From: an uncultured Candidatus Saccharibacteria bacterium
Lineage (GTDB): Bacteria; Patescibacteriota; Saccharimonadia; CAILAD01; JADZBC01
NCBI GenBank assembly: GCA_964600985.1
Contig: CAZRJR010000002.1
Coordinates: 40,867 to 104,866 of the forward strand
Reading direction: 5' to 3'
Length of the DNA stretch: 64,000 nt
In this document: positions 27,368 to 37,482 of the stretch, piece by piece
How positions within the stretch are numbered: the stretch's first letter is position 1
Layout: each line of letters opens with the position of its first letter
Notes under the pieces: generated by a model
What the model was told of the DNA's origin: nothing
The model's database searches: none
The model's input: the letters and a program-made list of their open reading frames with translations, nothing else
Position numbers and translations under genes: made by a program

Positions 27368-28422
27368 TGCGGACGGCTACCGAGCAAGAATTAGCAAGCT
27401 GGGATGAGCAAATAGTTCACAACCCAGATGACGGCAATGTATTGCAAACCAAAGCCTACGGTGAGTTTAAGGCAGTACATAGCTGGCCGGCCCATTACGC
27501 TGTAGCCGAGCTAAGCGATGGTAGTACTTTACAAATTGCTTTTCTAACTCGTAAGGTACCTGGCTTGGGTGAGTTGTGGTACACACCCAAGGGCCCCGGT
27601 GTAAAGTCCCTGGCCCAGCTCAAAGAGTTTATAGACCAAGTTCGCACCTATGTGACGGATAAAAACGTATTTATGGTTAAGGTAGAACCTGATCTACTCA
27701 TTGCCGATGCACCCAAGGCAAAGCTGGAGAATTTGGGCCTCGTAAAGTCGCAGTTTAACCTGCAATGGAACCAAGCCACTACATTGGTAGACTTAGGTCC
27801 GAGTGAAGATGAGATTCTAGCTGGCTTTAAGCAAAAGACTCGCTACAACATACGCCTCGCGGCACGAAAGGGCGTGGAGGTAGCCCCAGTAGAGCTAAGC
27901 CCCAAGAACATGGCGACCATGTATGGTTTACTGAAAGCCACGCAAGAGCGTAATGGATTTTATATGCGCTCTCAGAGCTATCTAGAGGGCTTTTGGCAAG
28001 CGTACGCCAAGGCTGGCATGGGGCAACTCTTCTTTGCTACTCACGAGGGCGAGGTGCTGTCGGGCTTATTTGCTCTCTACCTGGGTAAAAAGGGCTTGTA
28101 CAAGGACGGTGGGTCTACTCGGGCCAAGGCGAATCTCATGGCACCGTATGTAATGCAGTGGGAGGTTATGAAGTGGCTCAAGGCGCGTGGGGTGGTCGAG
28201 TACGATCTGCACGGCATGCCGCCCAAGGCCGAGCTCGAGAACCCCAACCACCCGCTGGCAGGGCTGGTACAGTTTAAGTCTGGCTTTAACCCAGAAGTAA
28301 CTGAGTATGTAGGGGTGTATAATTTGCCGATTGATCAGCGCAAGTATGCGCGGTGGACGAAGTATGGCGAACGCATAGTGAGTACGTATTCATTCAAGGT
28401 GAAAAAAGAACTATATTATTAG
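27367..28422 (+). CDS. FemAB-family peptidoglycan interpeptide-bridge aminoacyltransferase (paralog)
   Basis: 351 aa, similar domain pattern. Its start overlaps the stop of the upstream paralog. Confidence 0.75.
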   Translation: MRTATEQELASWDEQIVHNPDDGNVLQTKAYGEFKAVHSWPAHYAVAELSDGSTLQIAFLTRKVPGLGELWYTPKGPGVKSLAQLKEFIDQVRTYVTDKNVFMVKVEPDLLIADAPKAKLENLGLVKSQFNLQWNQATTLVDLGPSEDEILAGFKQKTRYNIRLAARKGVEVAPVELSPKNMATMYGLLKATQERNGFYMRSQSYLEGFWQAYAKAGMGQLFFATHEGEVLSGLFALYLGKKGLYKDGGSTRAKANLMAPYVMQWEVMKWLKARGVVEYDLHGMPPKAELENPNHPLAGLVQFKSGFNPEVTEYVGVYNLPIDQRKYARWTKYGERIVSTYSFKVKKELYY

Positions 28423-28439
28423 CTCTTGACGCTCAGTTA

Positions 28440-28974
28440 GCTCGGGAGTATATTGCAAGCAGTTCCTTGTAATATCGCTGCACATTGAGACTTAATTGGC
28501 TCTGTGCACATACCCCCCGAATCCGGTACGCCACTGCAGAAGGTGTAAAGTATGCTGGTGCGGGAGGGCTCCCCGAACCAGCATATACCGGCTGAGGGGG
28601 TCCTCTCGCGGCGCTTCTGCGTCCAAATAGTGTTCCTGCACTCGCTCAGCGCCAGAAGACTTGCCGGGTTCCCCCTAACCTGTGCGTCTCTACGTTGAAT
28701 GCTGCACTTATTACTCATAACTCCAAAACGGGTGTAGTGTGAGTGCAGGAACCTAGTCTCCAAGCTGGTTGTGACGCGCAGCCCATGTGCTCCTGGCTTG
28801 AACCCGGATGCCGGCGGTGGTATTCCGGGGAGATCTGTGCCGGGATCGACCGGCGCTAGAACTGGGGTTCATCCTTACCCCGGTGGCGAAAAACCCTCCC
28901 AAGTGTTGTTTCGCTGTAATGCTCACGGGTCGGGTCGTCTTCGGACGGCTCGACCCGGGGGTTCTTTTTATTTT
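28440..28974 (+). other. GC-rich apparently non-coding segment ending in a strong intrinsic terminator. Candidate structured RNA of unknown class
   Basis: No ORF with protein-like composition. Many GC-rich stems. A terminator at 28926-28974 (CGGGTCGGGTCGTC-TTCG-GACGGCTCGACCCG plus T-tract) sits 500 nt after the femAB stop. Confidence 0.3.
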
Positions 28975-29508
28975 GGCAATAATCCCTACCGAATTTCGTA
29001 TAAAGCAAACGTCCCAGTCAAAGTTGACTGGGATTCGGGGTGGGGCCGGGAGCGAGTCCCGACCCCACCGAACTGCGCACCGAGCTAGCCCCGGTGGAAC
29101 CTAGGTGCCGTACGTTGACCTAGGTTGGTCTCACCGCTGTTTCAGGTGAGCATCATCTGGCGCGGCCGTCGGGGCGGTCAGATGATGGTGGAGGCGAGGA
29201 AGACCTGGGTGGCCGCAGCAGCCACCGGGCGACCGCGAGCAGCGGTCGGCACGGTCTTCAGCTCACCCTTCAGCATGGTGCACATGCAGTACCTCCAGGA
29301 GGCGTAGGGCGACTCCGAACGGCGTTCCGTTCGGGCATTACAGCGCTGCAGCACATAGGTGCGGAAGGTGGTTTCGGAACTTCTCTCGGCTACATTCCCG
29401 GTTCAACTCCAGGAGATACAACGTTGGTCAGAACATCTGCTTTACCTTACAGCGTTAGGGTAATTTTGGCTTAGCCTCCGAATTCTGTCAAGGACTCCAT
29501 ACTAATTT

Positions 29509-30903
29509 GTGGACACTAGCCAATCAGATTATAATGGCCTCATGAAGTTTGTGGAGGATATATTTAAGGCCTACGACATACGTGGCTTGAGCGGTGGTGA
29601 GAATGCTGAGCTAACCACCGAAGTAGCTCGCGCAGTTGGCCGCGCGTTGGCCGGTACACTGCCAAGCGCCGGTAAAGTGGTGGTCGGTAGAGATATGCGA
29701 ACTGATTCCGAGGCACTGCACCAGGCTTTGGTAGAAGGCTTAACCCAGCAAGGCCGAAGTGTGATTGATATTGGCTTAGTTACGACCGACATGGTGTATT
29801 TTGCCACTGGTCACTTCAAGGCTGCAGGTGGGGCAATGGTAACCGCTAGCCACAACCCTGGTAAGTACAACGGCATTAAGCTCTGTGGAAAGGGTGTAGT
29901 GCCAATTGGTGAATCTACGGGGTTGGGAGACATCCGGGGATTAGTTCGTAGCGAAAAGTTCAAGCGTATTGCTAAGGTGGGTGTGGTGACTCAGGAAGAT
30001 GTGCGTGCAGCTTGGTTAAAACATGCTCTCAGTTTTGTAGACGCCGAGCGACTGCTGCCATTTCATATGGCATTGGATGCCGGCAATGGTATGGCAGGGA
30101 TAATTGTCGATGCACTCAGCGCTGCTACACCGCTCAACATCGAAGCCATGTTTACCGAGCTAGACGGTAGTTTTCCGAATCATCCCGCTAACCCTACATT
30201 ACCTGAGGGTCTTAAGGACGTTGTGGCTCGTGTAGAAAGTGACCATTTAGATCTAGCGGTAGCCTTTGACGGTGATGGCGATAGGGCGGTACTGATTGAC
30301 GACAAAGCACGGCCCGTGAATCCTGGAGTTCTTGGTGCGCTGCTCATTGAACACTACCTGGCCAAGAACCCTGGCGCGCACATTGTGTACGATGCTCGAG
30401 CAAGCCACATAATGCCAGATACTATTACCAAATGTGGTGGAGTGGCCGTGCGAAGCAAGGTAGGCCATAGCAACATCAAAGCGTTAATGCACGAGTACAA
30501 AGCGGTCTTGGGTGTAGAGCAGTCAGCTCACTACTACTTCAAAGACAACTTCTATGCCGATTCGGGCCTGATTGCCACCCTTGTAGCACTCGACATTATA
30601 TCTAAATCAGGCCAAAAGTTATCGGAGCTTGTTGATCGGCTGAGTGTGTATGCAAACTCGGGCGAAGTTAATATGCCGCTTGCAACATTCGGCGACACCG
30701 AAGCTAAACTACGCGAGTTGCGCATGGCCTATAGTGATGGTGTGCAGGACGAGCTGGATGGCCTGACGGTAGAATACCCTGAGTGGTGGTTCAACGTGCG
30801 ACCGAGCAATACTGAGCCTCTATTGCGCCTGAGCGTGGAGTCCAAAGACGCTACCCTGACAGCTGAGAAGGTCGAGGAATTATTGAAGATCCTAAAGTCC
30901 TAG
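29509..30903 (+). CDS. Phosphoglucomutase/phosphomannomutase (alpha-D-phosphohexomutase family)
   Basis: Active-site TASHNPGKYNGIK and metal-binding DGDGDR motifs. Confidence 0.9.
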   Translation: MDTSQSDYNGLMKFVEDIFKAYDIRGLSGGENAELTTEVARAVGRALAGTLPSAGKVVVGRDMRTDSEALHQALVEGLTQQGRSVIDIGLVTTDMVYFATGHFKAAGGAMVTASHNPGKYNGIKLCGKGVVPIGESTGLGDIRGLVRSEKFKRIAKVGVVTQEDVRAAWLKHALSFVDAERLLPFHMALDAGNGMAGIIVDALSAATPLNIEAMFTELDGSFPNHPANPTLPEGLKDVVARVESDHLDLAVAFDGDGDRAVLIDDKARPVNPGVLGALLIEHYLAKNPGAHIVYDARASHIMPDTITKCGGVAVRSKVGHSNIKALMHEYKAVLGVEQSAHYYFKDNFYADSGLIATLVALDIISKSGQKLSELVDRLSVYANSGEVNMPLATFGDTEAKLRELRMAYSDGVQDELDGLTVEYPEWWFNVRPSNTEPLLRLSVESKDATLTAEKVEELLKILKS

Positions 30904-30906
30904 CTG

Positions 30907-31821
30907 ATGAGCGAGGGTGTACGGGAGAAGATTGAGCAAAAAGTAGAGCAGGCGGTGCTCCGGCTGCTAAGCTACTATGCCGTGTTTGGCCTTGCAGCCA
31001 CCGAGGCCGAAGTGAATAGCTATATCGGTATCAGAGTAGGGCACTTGGCAGTTCGAGACGCCCTGCGAGAGCTCACCGAGGTGGGTAAGCTCTCCCGGGC
31101 CACTGATGGCAGTTACAGGTTGGCTGGCCACACCCACCACAGCAGAGAAACCATGCTGCGCAGGCAAGAGGTGCTGGTGGCTAAGGCCAGGCGATGGGCT
31201 CGTTTGTTTGGCTTACTGCCATTTATTAAATCGGTCGTGGTGGTAAACAGCGCGGCGCTTGGCAATGTAACGGCCGAAAGTGACGTTGACTTGCTGATTG
31301 TGACTAAGCCGAACCGTATATACATTGCCAAAGGCATCCTTATGTATGGGCTTAAGTTCCTACGGCAACTCGAAACTGAGGAGAACAAGGCCGGGCGGTT
31401 TAGCCTAGGCATGTTTGTTACTACTGCTGGAGTGAATTGGCAGCGTGACATAATGGCGGTGAATGATCCGCACTTAGCGTATTGGCTTATGCTGGCGCGT
31501 CCTGTGTATGGCGCTTCGGTATGGCAAAACTTGCTCAAAACCAGTCCTTATTTGCAAGAAGCCTTTCCGAACTACGTATGGCCCAAGGCTCCCAGGCGCA
31601 TCTATAGCGGCGGCCTTACTTGGTTGGATCAGCTCGATAGCAAAGGCTACCGCAAACATCTTAAGCATACTGCAGGACAACCCAAAATGCACACCAAGGA
31701 GGCCTTTGTACGTGTCCGGCCAGATATTTTAAACCTCCATGCGCTCGACCAGAGTGGTAAGATAGCACGCAAATACCAACGCATTTTAGAATCGATCAAA
31801 GTGTCTGTATCCAAAGATTAA
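30907..31821 (+). CDS. Nucleotidyltransferase-domain protein (hypothetical)
   Basis: VVVNSAALGNVTAESDVDLLIV resembles a Pol-beta-type NTase motif. Confidence 0.5.
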   Translation: MSEGVREKIEQKVEQAVLRLLSYYAVFGLAATEAEVNSYIGIRVGHLAVRDALRELTEVGKLSRATDGSYRLAGHTHHSRETMLRRQEVLVAKARRWARLFGLLPFIKSVVVVNSAALGNVTAESDVDLLIVTKPNRIYIAKGILMYGLKFLRQLETEENKAGRFSLGMFVTTAGVNWQRDIMAVNDPHLAYWLMLARPVYGASVWQNLLKTSPYLQEAFPNYVWPKAPRRIYSGGLTWLDQLDSKGYRKHLKHTAGQPKMHTKEAFVRVRPDILNLHALDQSGKIARKYQRILESIKVSVSKD

Positions 31822-31853
31822 GGAACAATCAATTCAGCCTCAAATATTGCCAC

Positions 31854-31968
31854 TTGACAAACTAAAAGTAATGCCCTATAATGGGCCTCAACATTTGAAT
31901 AGCTATAGGTATCGAAACACCCCGCCACGGAGCAAGCCTTAAGGCTCCAGCAAAGCGGGGTTTTTTGT
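31854..31968 (+). ncRNA. Candidate small RNA: consensus sigma-70 promoter (TTGACA-17-TATAAT), about 80-nt transcript, intrinsic terminator
   Basis: -35 at 31854-31859, -10 at 31877-31882, terminator GCGGGG TTTTTT ending at about 31966. No ORF. Confidence 0.4.
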
Positions 31969-32440
31969 CCCAAGAAATGTAAGGCTACAAGTGTCTAGGC
32001 AGAAGCAGTGAGGCTTCTCCTCTCATGTTTAACGGCCGCGCTTAGGATCGCGACCTGACATGAGGGGGCATCCTAGACCTCTCAGGTAACACAACTTCCT
32101 TATTGTTGTGCGTGGCAGCGACGCTCTCGCTGCGCCTAAAGTGACCTACAAGCAGGTCTAACTAGGTAACTACATACTTTAACCCTGGCTTCCGCCGAGT
32201 GGATGATGCTTAATGCACCACATCTGGCTATGGACTGTCACCGTCAAGTTGTGGTTGCTATGCATAGTCACTACTCATTGCTAGTAGTGGGAGTGGTGAA
32301 CTATAAAATCAGAAATTATCTAGGAGCCCCATAGATTCTCTTTGCTTAGGATCGAAGAGCGCAATGGGGCGGAATAATCCTCCGTCATCCCGGCCGAGCG
32401 ACCGATTCGCTTTGTACCTACCAAGGAAAGGGGTGGAGTC

Positions 32441-33490
32441 ATGGGCCGCTTGCCCATCTTCATCTTCGCCGTCGTGTTCATCATCGGTGGCATTGTCATC
32501 AGCAGCATCGCCAAGCGCAAGGCTCGTACGGCCGAGCGCGAGGCAGCTGACGTGCCGGAGGAGTCTGGCGGCTACGGCTACAGCCATGGTGATGCCAAGG
32601 CTCGGCTCCGCCGCGAGGCGGACCAGGCCCACATGGTGGCCGTGGGGGCCAAGGCCGTCGGCCTGGGCTTCGGCCTGATGCTGCTGGCCTACAGCGTGCT
32701 CAGGGTCGTCTCGGCCAACACGGTGGCAATCCCGACCAACTTCGGAGCCATCGGCAAGCCGGTCAACCCGGGCATCCACCTGACTGCACCCTGGACGGAG
32801 TACCACTCCTTCAGCACGCGGATCCAGGAGAGCCAACGACTCAGTGCGACCGACGAGGGCGACAAGACCTCGTCGGACTGCGTCACGGTCGCAGCCAGCG
32901 ACGGCGCAGACGCATGCGTCGATGCCACCATCCGCTTCACGATCGACAAGGGTCGTGCGGACGAGTTGTACCGGCGGTACGGAAGCTTCGATGCCATCAC
33001 CAGCAAGCTGGTTCGCCGCGAGGTGGAATCCGGCCTGAAGGTGGTCTACGGGCAGTACACGCCCGAAGAGGCCAAGAGTGGTGCCAAGTTGGCGACCATC
33101 GAGCGCGACAGCAACGAGGTGCTCAAGAAGCGCCTCGACCGCTACGGCGTCACGGTGGATCGGGTCGTCCTCGGTCGGGTCCAGTTCACGGACCCGGCGG
33201 TGCAGCAACGCATCGACGACAAGATCAAGGCCCGGCAGGAAGCTGAGAAGGCCGTGATCGAGCAGAAGACCGCTCTGACGCGCGCCGAGACCAAGCGGAA
33301 GGAGGCCGAGGTCAACGCCAAGGCCAAGCTCATCAACGCTCAGGCCGAGGCAGATGCCAACGCCAAGCTCGCAGCTTCGCTCACGCCCGAGCTCCTCACC
33401 AAGCTGTACTACGAGGCTCTGGCCAAGGGCGGCAAGGTGATCGTGACCAATGGCGCGCAGGCGCCGGTCATCGTCGACAGCGGCAACTAG
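32441..33490 (+). CDS. SPFH/Band-7 (prohibitin/stomatin-like) domain membrane protein, high-GC
   Basis: N-terminal TM, SPFH-like core (PTNFGAIGKPVNPGIHLTAPW...VDATIRFTIDKGRADELYRRYG), coiled-coil C-terminus. About 66% GC, against about 48% for its neighbours. Confidence 0.7.
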   Translation: MGRLPIFIFAVVFIIGGIVISSIAKRKARTAEREAADVPEESGGYGYSHGDAKARLRREADQAHMVAVGAKAVGLGFGLMLLAYSVLRVVSANTVAIPTNFGAIGKPVNPGIHLTAPWTEYHSFSTRIQESQRLSATDEGDKTSSDCVTVAASDGADACVDATIRFTIDKGRADELYRRYGSFDAITSKLVRREVESGLKVVYGQYTPEEAKSGAKLATIERDSNEVLKKRLDRYGVTVDRVVLGRVQFTDPAVQQRIDDKIKARQEAEKAVIEQKTALTRAETKRKEAEVNAKAKLINAQAEADANAKLAASLTPELLTKLYYEALAKGGKVIVTNGAQAPVIVDSGN

Positions 33491-33579
33491 GCCGCAACAC
33501 AACAAGTAGTTCCTTCGGGGACTACGCAGGCACAGGAGTAAGCCCCACAAACTCCTCACTCCGAGCTTCGGCTCGGGGT

Positions 33580-33636
33580 GGCAACATCAATAACTGAGTA
33601 GTTATTCTGATGAGTCCAAAAGGACGAAATGTTGTA
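33580..33636 (+). ncRNA. Hammerhead ribozyme, type III (self-cleaving)
   Basis: GGCAACA-UC (cleavage after C33588), stem I hairpin AATAACT-GAGT-AGTTATT, CUGAUGA, stem II GUCC-AAAA-GGAC, GAAA, and UGUUGU pairing back to GGCAACA. All conserved core nucleotides are present. Confidence 0.8.
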
Positions 33637-33784
33637 AGTTACTTTCGGCGGTCATACTTTGTCACCTGAGCCAGTCGAAGGGTTTGCCTTAACTCTCTAA
33701 TTCTCCTCAAAACACCTTCCTACTTTTGAATATGCCAAAAGTAGGAAGGTGTATTCCCAGCATGGGACTCACATCTAGGAGCAC
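33637..33784 (+). repeat. Structured sequence downstream of the hammerhead, repeated (inverted, decayed) at 18291-18456
   Basis: Contains the hairpin CCTTCCTACTTTTG-AATATGC-CAAAAGTAGGAAGG. Aligns with the reverse complement of 18291-18456. Confidence 0.55.
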
Positions 33785-33920
33785 CCAATTCCTCATCATA
33801 CAGATATTCGCTCCCACTGCGAGTTTAAAGACTCTCGTGGTTAGCTTATTCTAATGCTTCGAAACTGTTTTTCCTGATGTTCGAATGCTGGATAGGGCAA
33901 GAAGCAAAGAAATCAAGGGC

Positions 33921-33981
33921 TTGACGGGCCCACAGCTACTTTTGTACACTGTACTTAGCACTCAAAGCATTAGAGTGCTAA
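33921..33981 (+). promoter_or_regulatory. groESL promoter (TTGACG-18-TACACT) overlapped by a CIRCE operator TTAGCACTC-N9-GAGTGCTAA (HrcA site)
   Basis: Perfect CIRCE inverted repeat at 33955-33981, immediately upstream of groES. Confidence 0.85.
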
Positions 33982-34033
33982 TGCTTACTAAGAGTAAAGT
34001 TACAGTAATAATACTATCAACAAGGAGGCAGAT

Positions 34034-35949
<1,916 letters not shown>

Positions 35950-35972
35950 GTATAAAATAGCCCCCTATTCAA

Positions 35973-36000
35973 AAGACCCGATTTAGTTCGGGTCTTTTGT
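35973..36000 (+). terminator. Intrinsic terminator after groEL
   Basis: AAGACCCG-ATTTAGTT-CGGGTCTT followed by TTGTT. Confidence 0.65.
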
Positions 36001-36014
36001 TATATAATCAGTAC

Positions 36015-36830
36015 ATGAATCGATTTAATCCTGGACCACCCAAACAACCCATGGGTGACCCCACGCGCTTCTTGGACCAAGATGATCCGTTGGACGAGGA
36101 GGCTACAGAAGTTGGGGATACTGATAGTGAATCAGGTAATCGACCAACTCCAGAGGAAGAAGCCACTGAAGTTAGAGCATTTGGAGAACAGATTCGCCAA
36201 CTCCTTATGTACTCGCCAAAGGAAGACACGCATATAGCAGATGCAGGCCCCGTTTCTAGGTCGACAGCAGTTCAGCCTACATATCAGTACTACGACCCAA
36301 TGGGAGAGGACTTTTATAAAGGGCTTGAGCAGCATGGTTATACTGGGGTGCATAGTGACCTAAGAACGTTCCGTAAACACTTGCATGAGTCGGCAAAGTC
36401 GACCGGGAATGGCTTAGCTCCGGATGAAAATTATACTGATTCTGCTGTGATACTGAGTTACAGGCTTAACGGAATGACTGTAACATTAGACCTCTCGGTA
36501 GGCACTAGGTCGTTGGTTGCTGGAGGATTATGGAGTATTCAAGTAACCGAGGAGCAGTCGGATCGGCGAAGCCAACGTGTCCTCCAGTGCCTTAAGATTA
36601 AAAATGCAGAACCATCGCTTAATGCCTATTTTAAAGCTTACGGAGAGAATCCGCCTCCTGACATTTCTTTTGAGGACAATTACCTGAGTTTGAGTATTCG
36701 TGAAGTACGTGATTACTTCCATAAAGTACTAGATGCTTGTATTCAATTGTCCATGGAGCACTATGATCCCGGGGCAAATAAAAGTGATACTAACTCCGCA
36801 GAACCTCCAGAACCAAGACTAGACGTCTAG
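36015..36830 (+). CDS. Hypothetical protein (acidic N-terminus)
   Basis: 271 aa from the ATG at 36015. No recognisable motif. Confidence 0.45.
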   Translation: MNRFNPGPPKQPMGDPTRFLDQDDPLDEEATEVGDTDSESGNRPTPEEEATEVRAFGEQIRQLLMYSPKEDTHIADAGPVSRSTAVQPTYQYYDPMGEDFYKGLEQHGYTGVHSDLRTFRKHLHESAKSTGNGLAPDENYTDSAVILSYRLNGMTVTLDLSVGTRSLVAGGLWSIQVTEEQSDRRSQRVLQCLKIKNAEPSLNAYFKAYGENPPPDISFEDNYLSLSIREVRDYFHKVLDACIQLSMEHYDPGANKSDTNSAEPPEPRLDV

Positions 36831-37454
36831 CTGTTCTCGAAGTTCTTGAGCGCGTTTGGTGTGCTTGTCGCCACCGTATTGAGGTATAAGGGCTTCAGCT
36901 TCCGAAAGTACCGTATCTGCCAGACCCATATCACCGCTCTTTACCAGGGCTTCGGCGTAGTAAAGCTTGTTGTAGAGCTCATAGTATCGATTATCGGCTG
37001 CCTTTAATAGCTCGTCGGCCTTCTTGAAGCCTCCTAAGGCACCTGGCATATCGCCCTGCTCCGTCTTCAGTCGAGCGCCAAAGCCAAGCGTAGCGGCGTA
37101 TTCGGCATCATTGCCTGCAGCTTCGAGTAACTCGAGCGATTGTGCGATGTCTTGCTCGGCTTCGGTATACTTACCAAGCTTACCGAGAACTCGGGCATGG
37201 TCCCGCAGTGCATTTGGCTTGTCACTGTCGTCGCACGTCTTTAGAACAGTATCTAGCTCCTTGAGTGCCTCGTCGTACTGCTCGGCATTGGTTAGGCTTA
37301 CACCGAGCATCCAGCGTGCTTCGGTGTCTCGTGGGCCTCCAGTTGCCAATGCTTCACGATACAGCTCAATCGCCTGCTTGTCTTCAGTTGCAACTCGAGC
37401 CTCATTGGCTCGGTCTAATAGATCTTCGTAGGATTGGGTCATAGTCGTCTCCAT
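36819..37454 (-). CDS. Tetratricopeptide-repeat protein
   Basis: 211 aa with several TPR-like helix pairs (A..Y...A...G). Confidence 0.6.
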   Translation of the reverse strand: METTMTQSYEDLLDRANEARVATEDKQAIELYREALATGGPRDTEARWMLGVSLTNAEQYDEALKELDTVLKTCDDSDKPNALRDHARVLGKLGKYTEAEQDIAQSLELLEAAGNDAEYAATLGFGARLKTEQGDMPGALGGFKKADELLKAADNRYYELYNKLYYAEALVKSGDMGLADTVLSEAEALIPQYGGDKHTKRAQELREQLDV

Positions 37455-37482
37455 ATTACCCCAAGATTATACCACTATAGCA

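Noticed and set aside
28440-29480. RNase P RNA or tmRNA hypothesis for the GC-rich non-coding segment
   Set aside because: A GAACCCGGCAAGTC stretch resembles the RNase P P4 3' strand and GGGGTTCAT resembles CR-III. However, no partner P4 5' strand (GGAAAGTCCGGGC-like), no CR-II, and no tmRNA tRNA-like T-arm could be found on either strand. Left as unclassified rather than called.
32309-33559. 416-aa ORF on the minus strand
   Set aside because: It is exactly antisense to the SPFH gene in 66% GC DNA, where long stop-free antisense frames are expected. Its composition is Arg/Leu/Gly-rich with no motif. The plus-strand SPFH gene has clear domain signatures.
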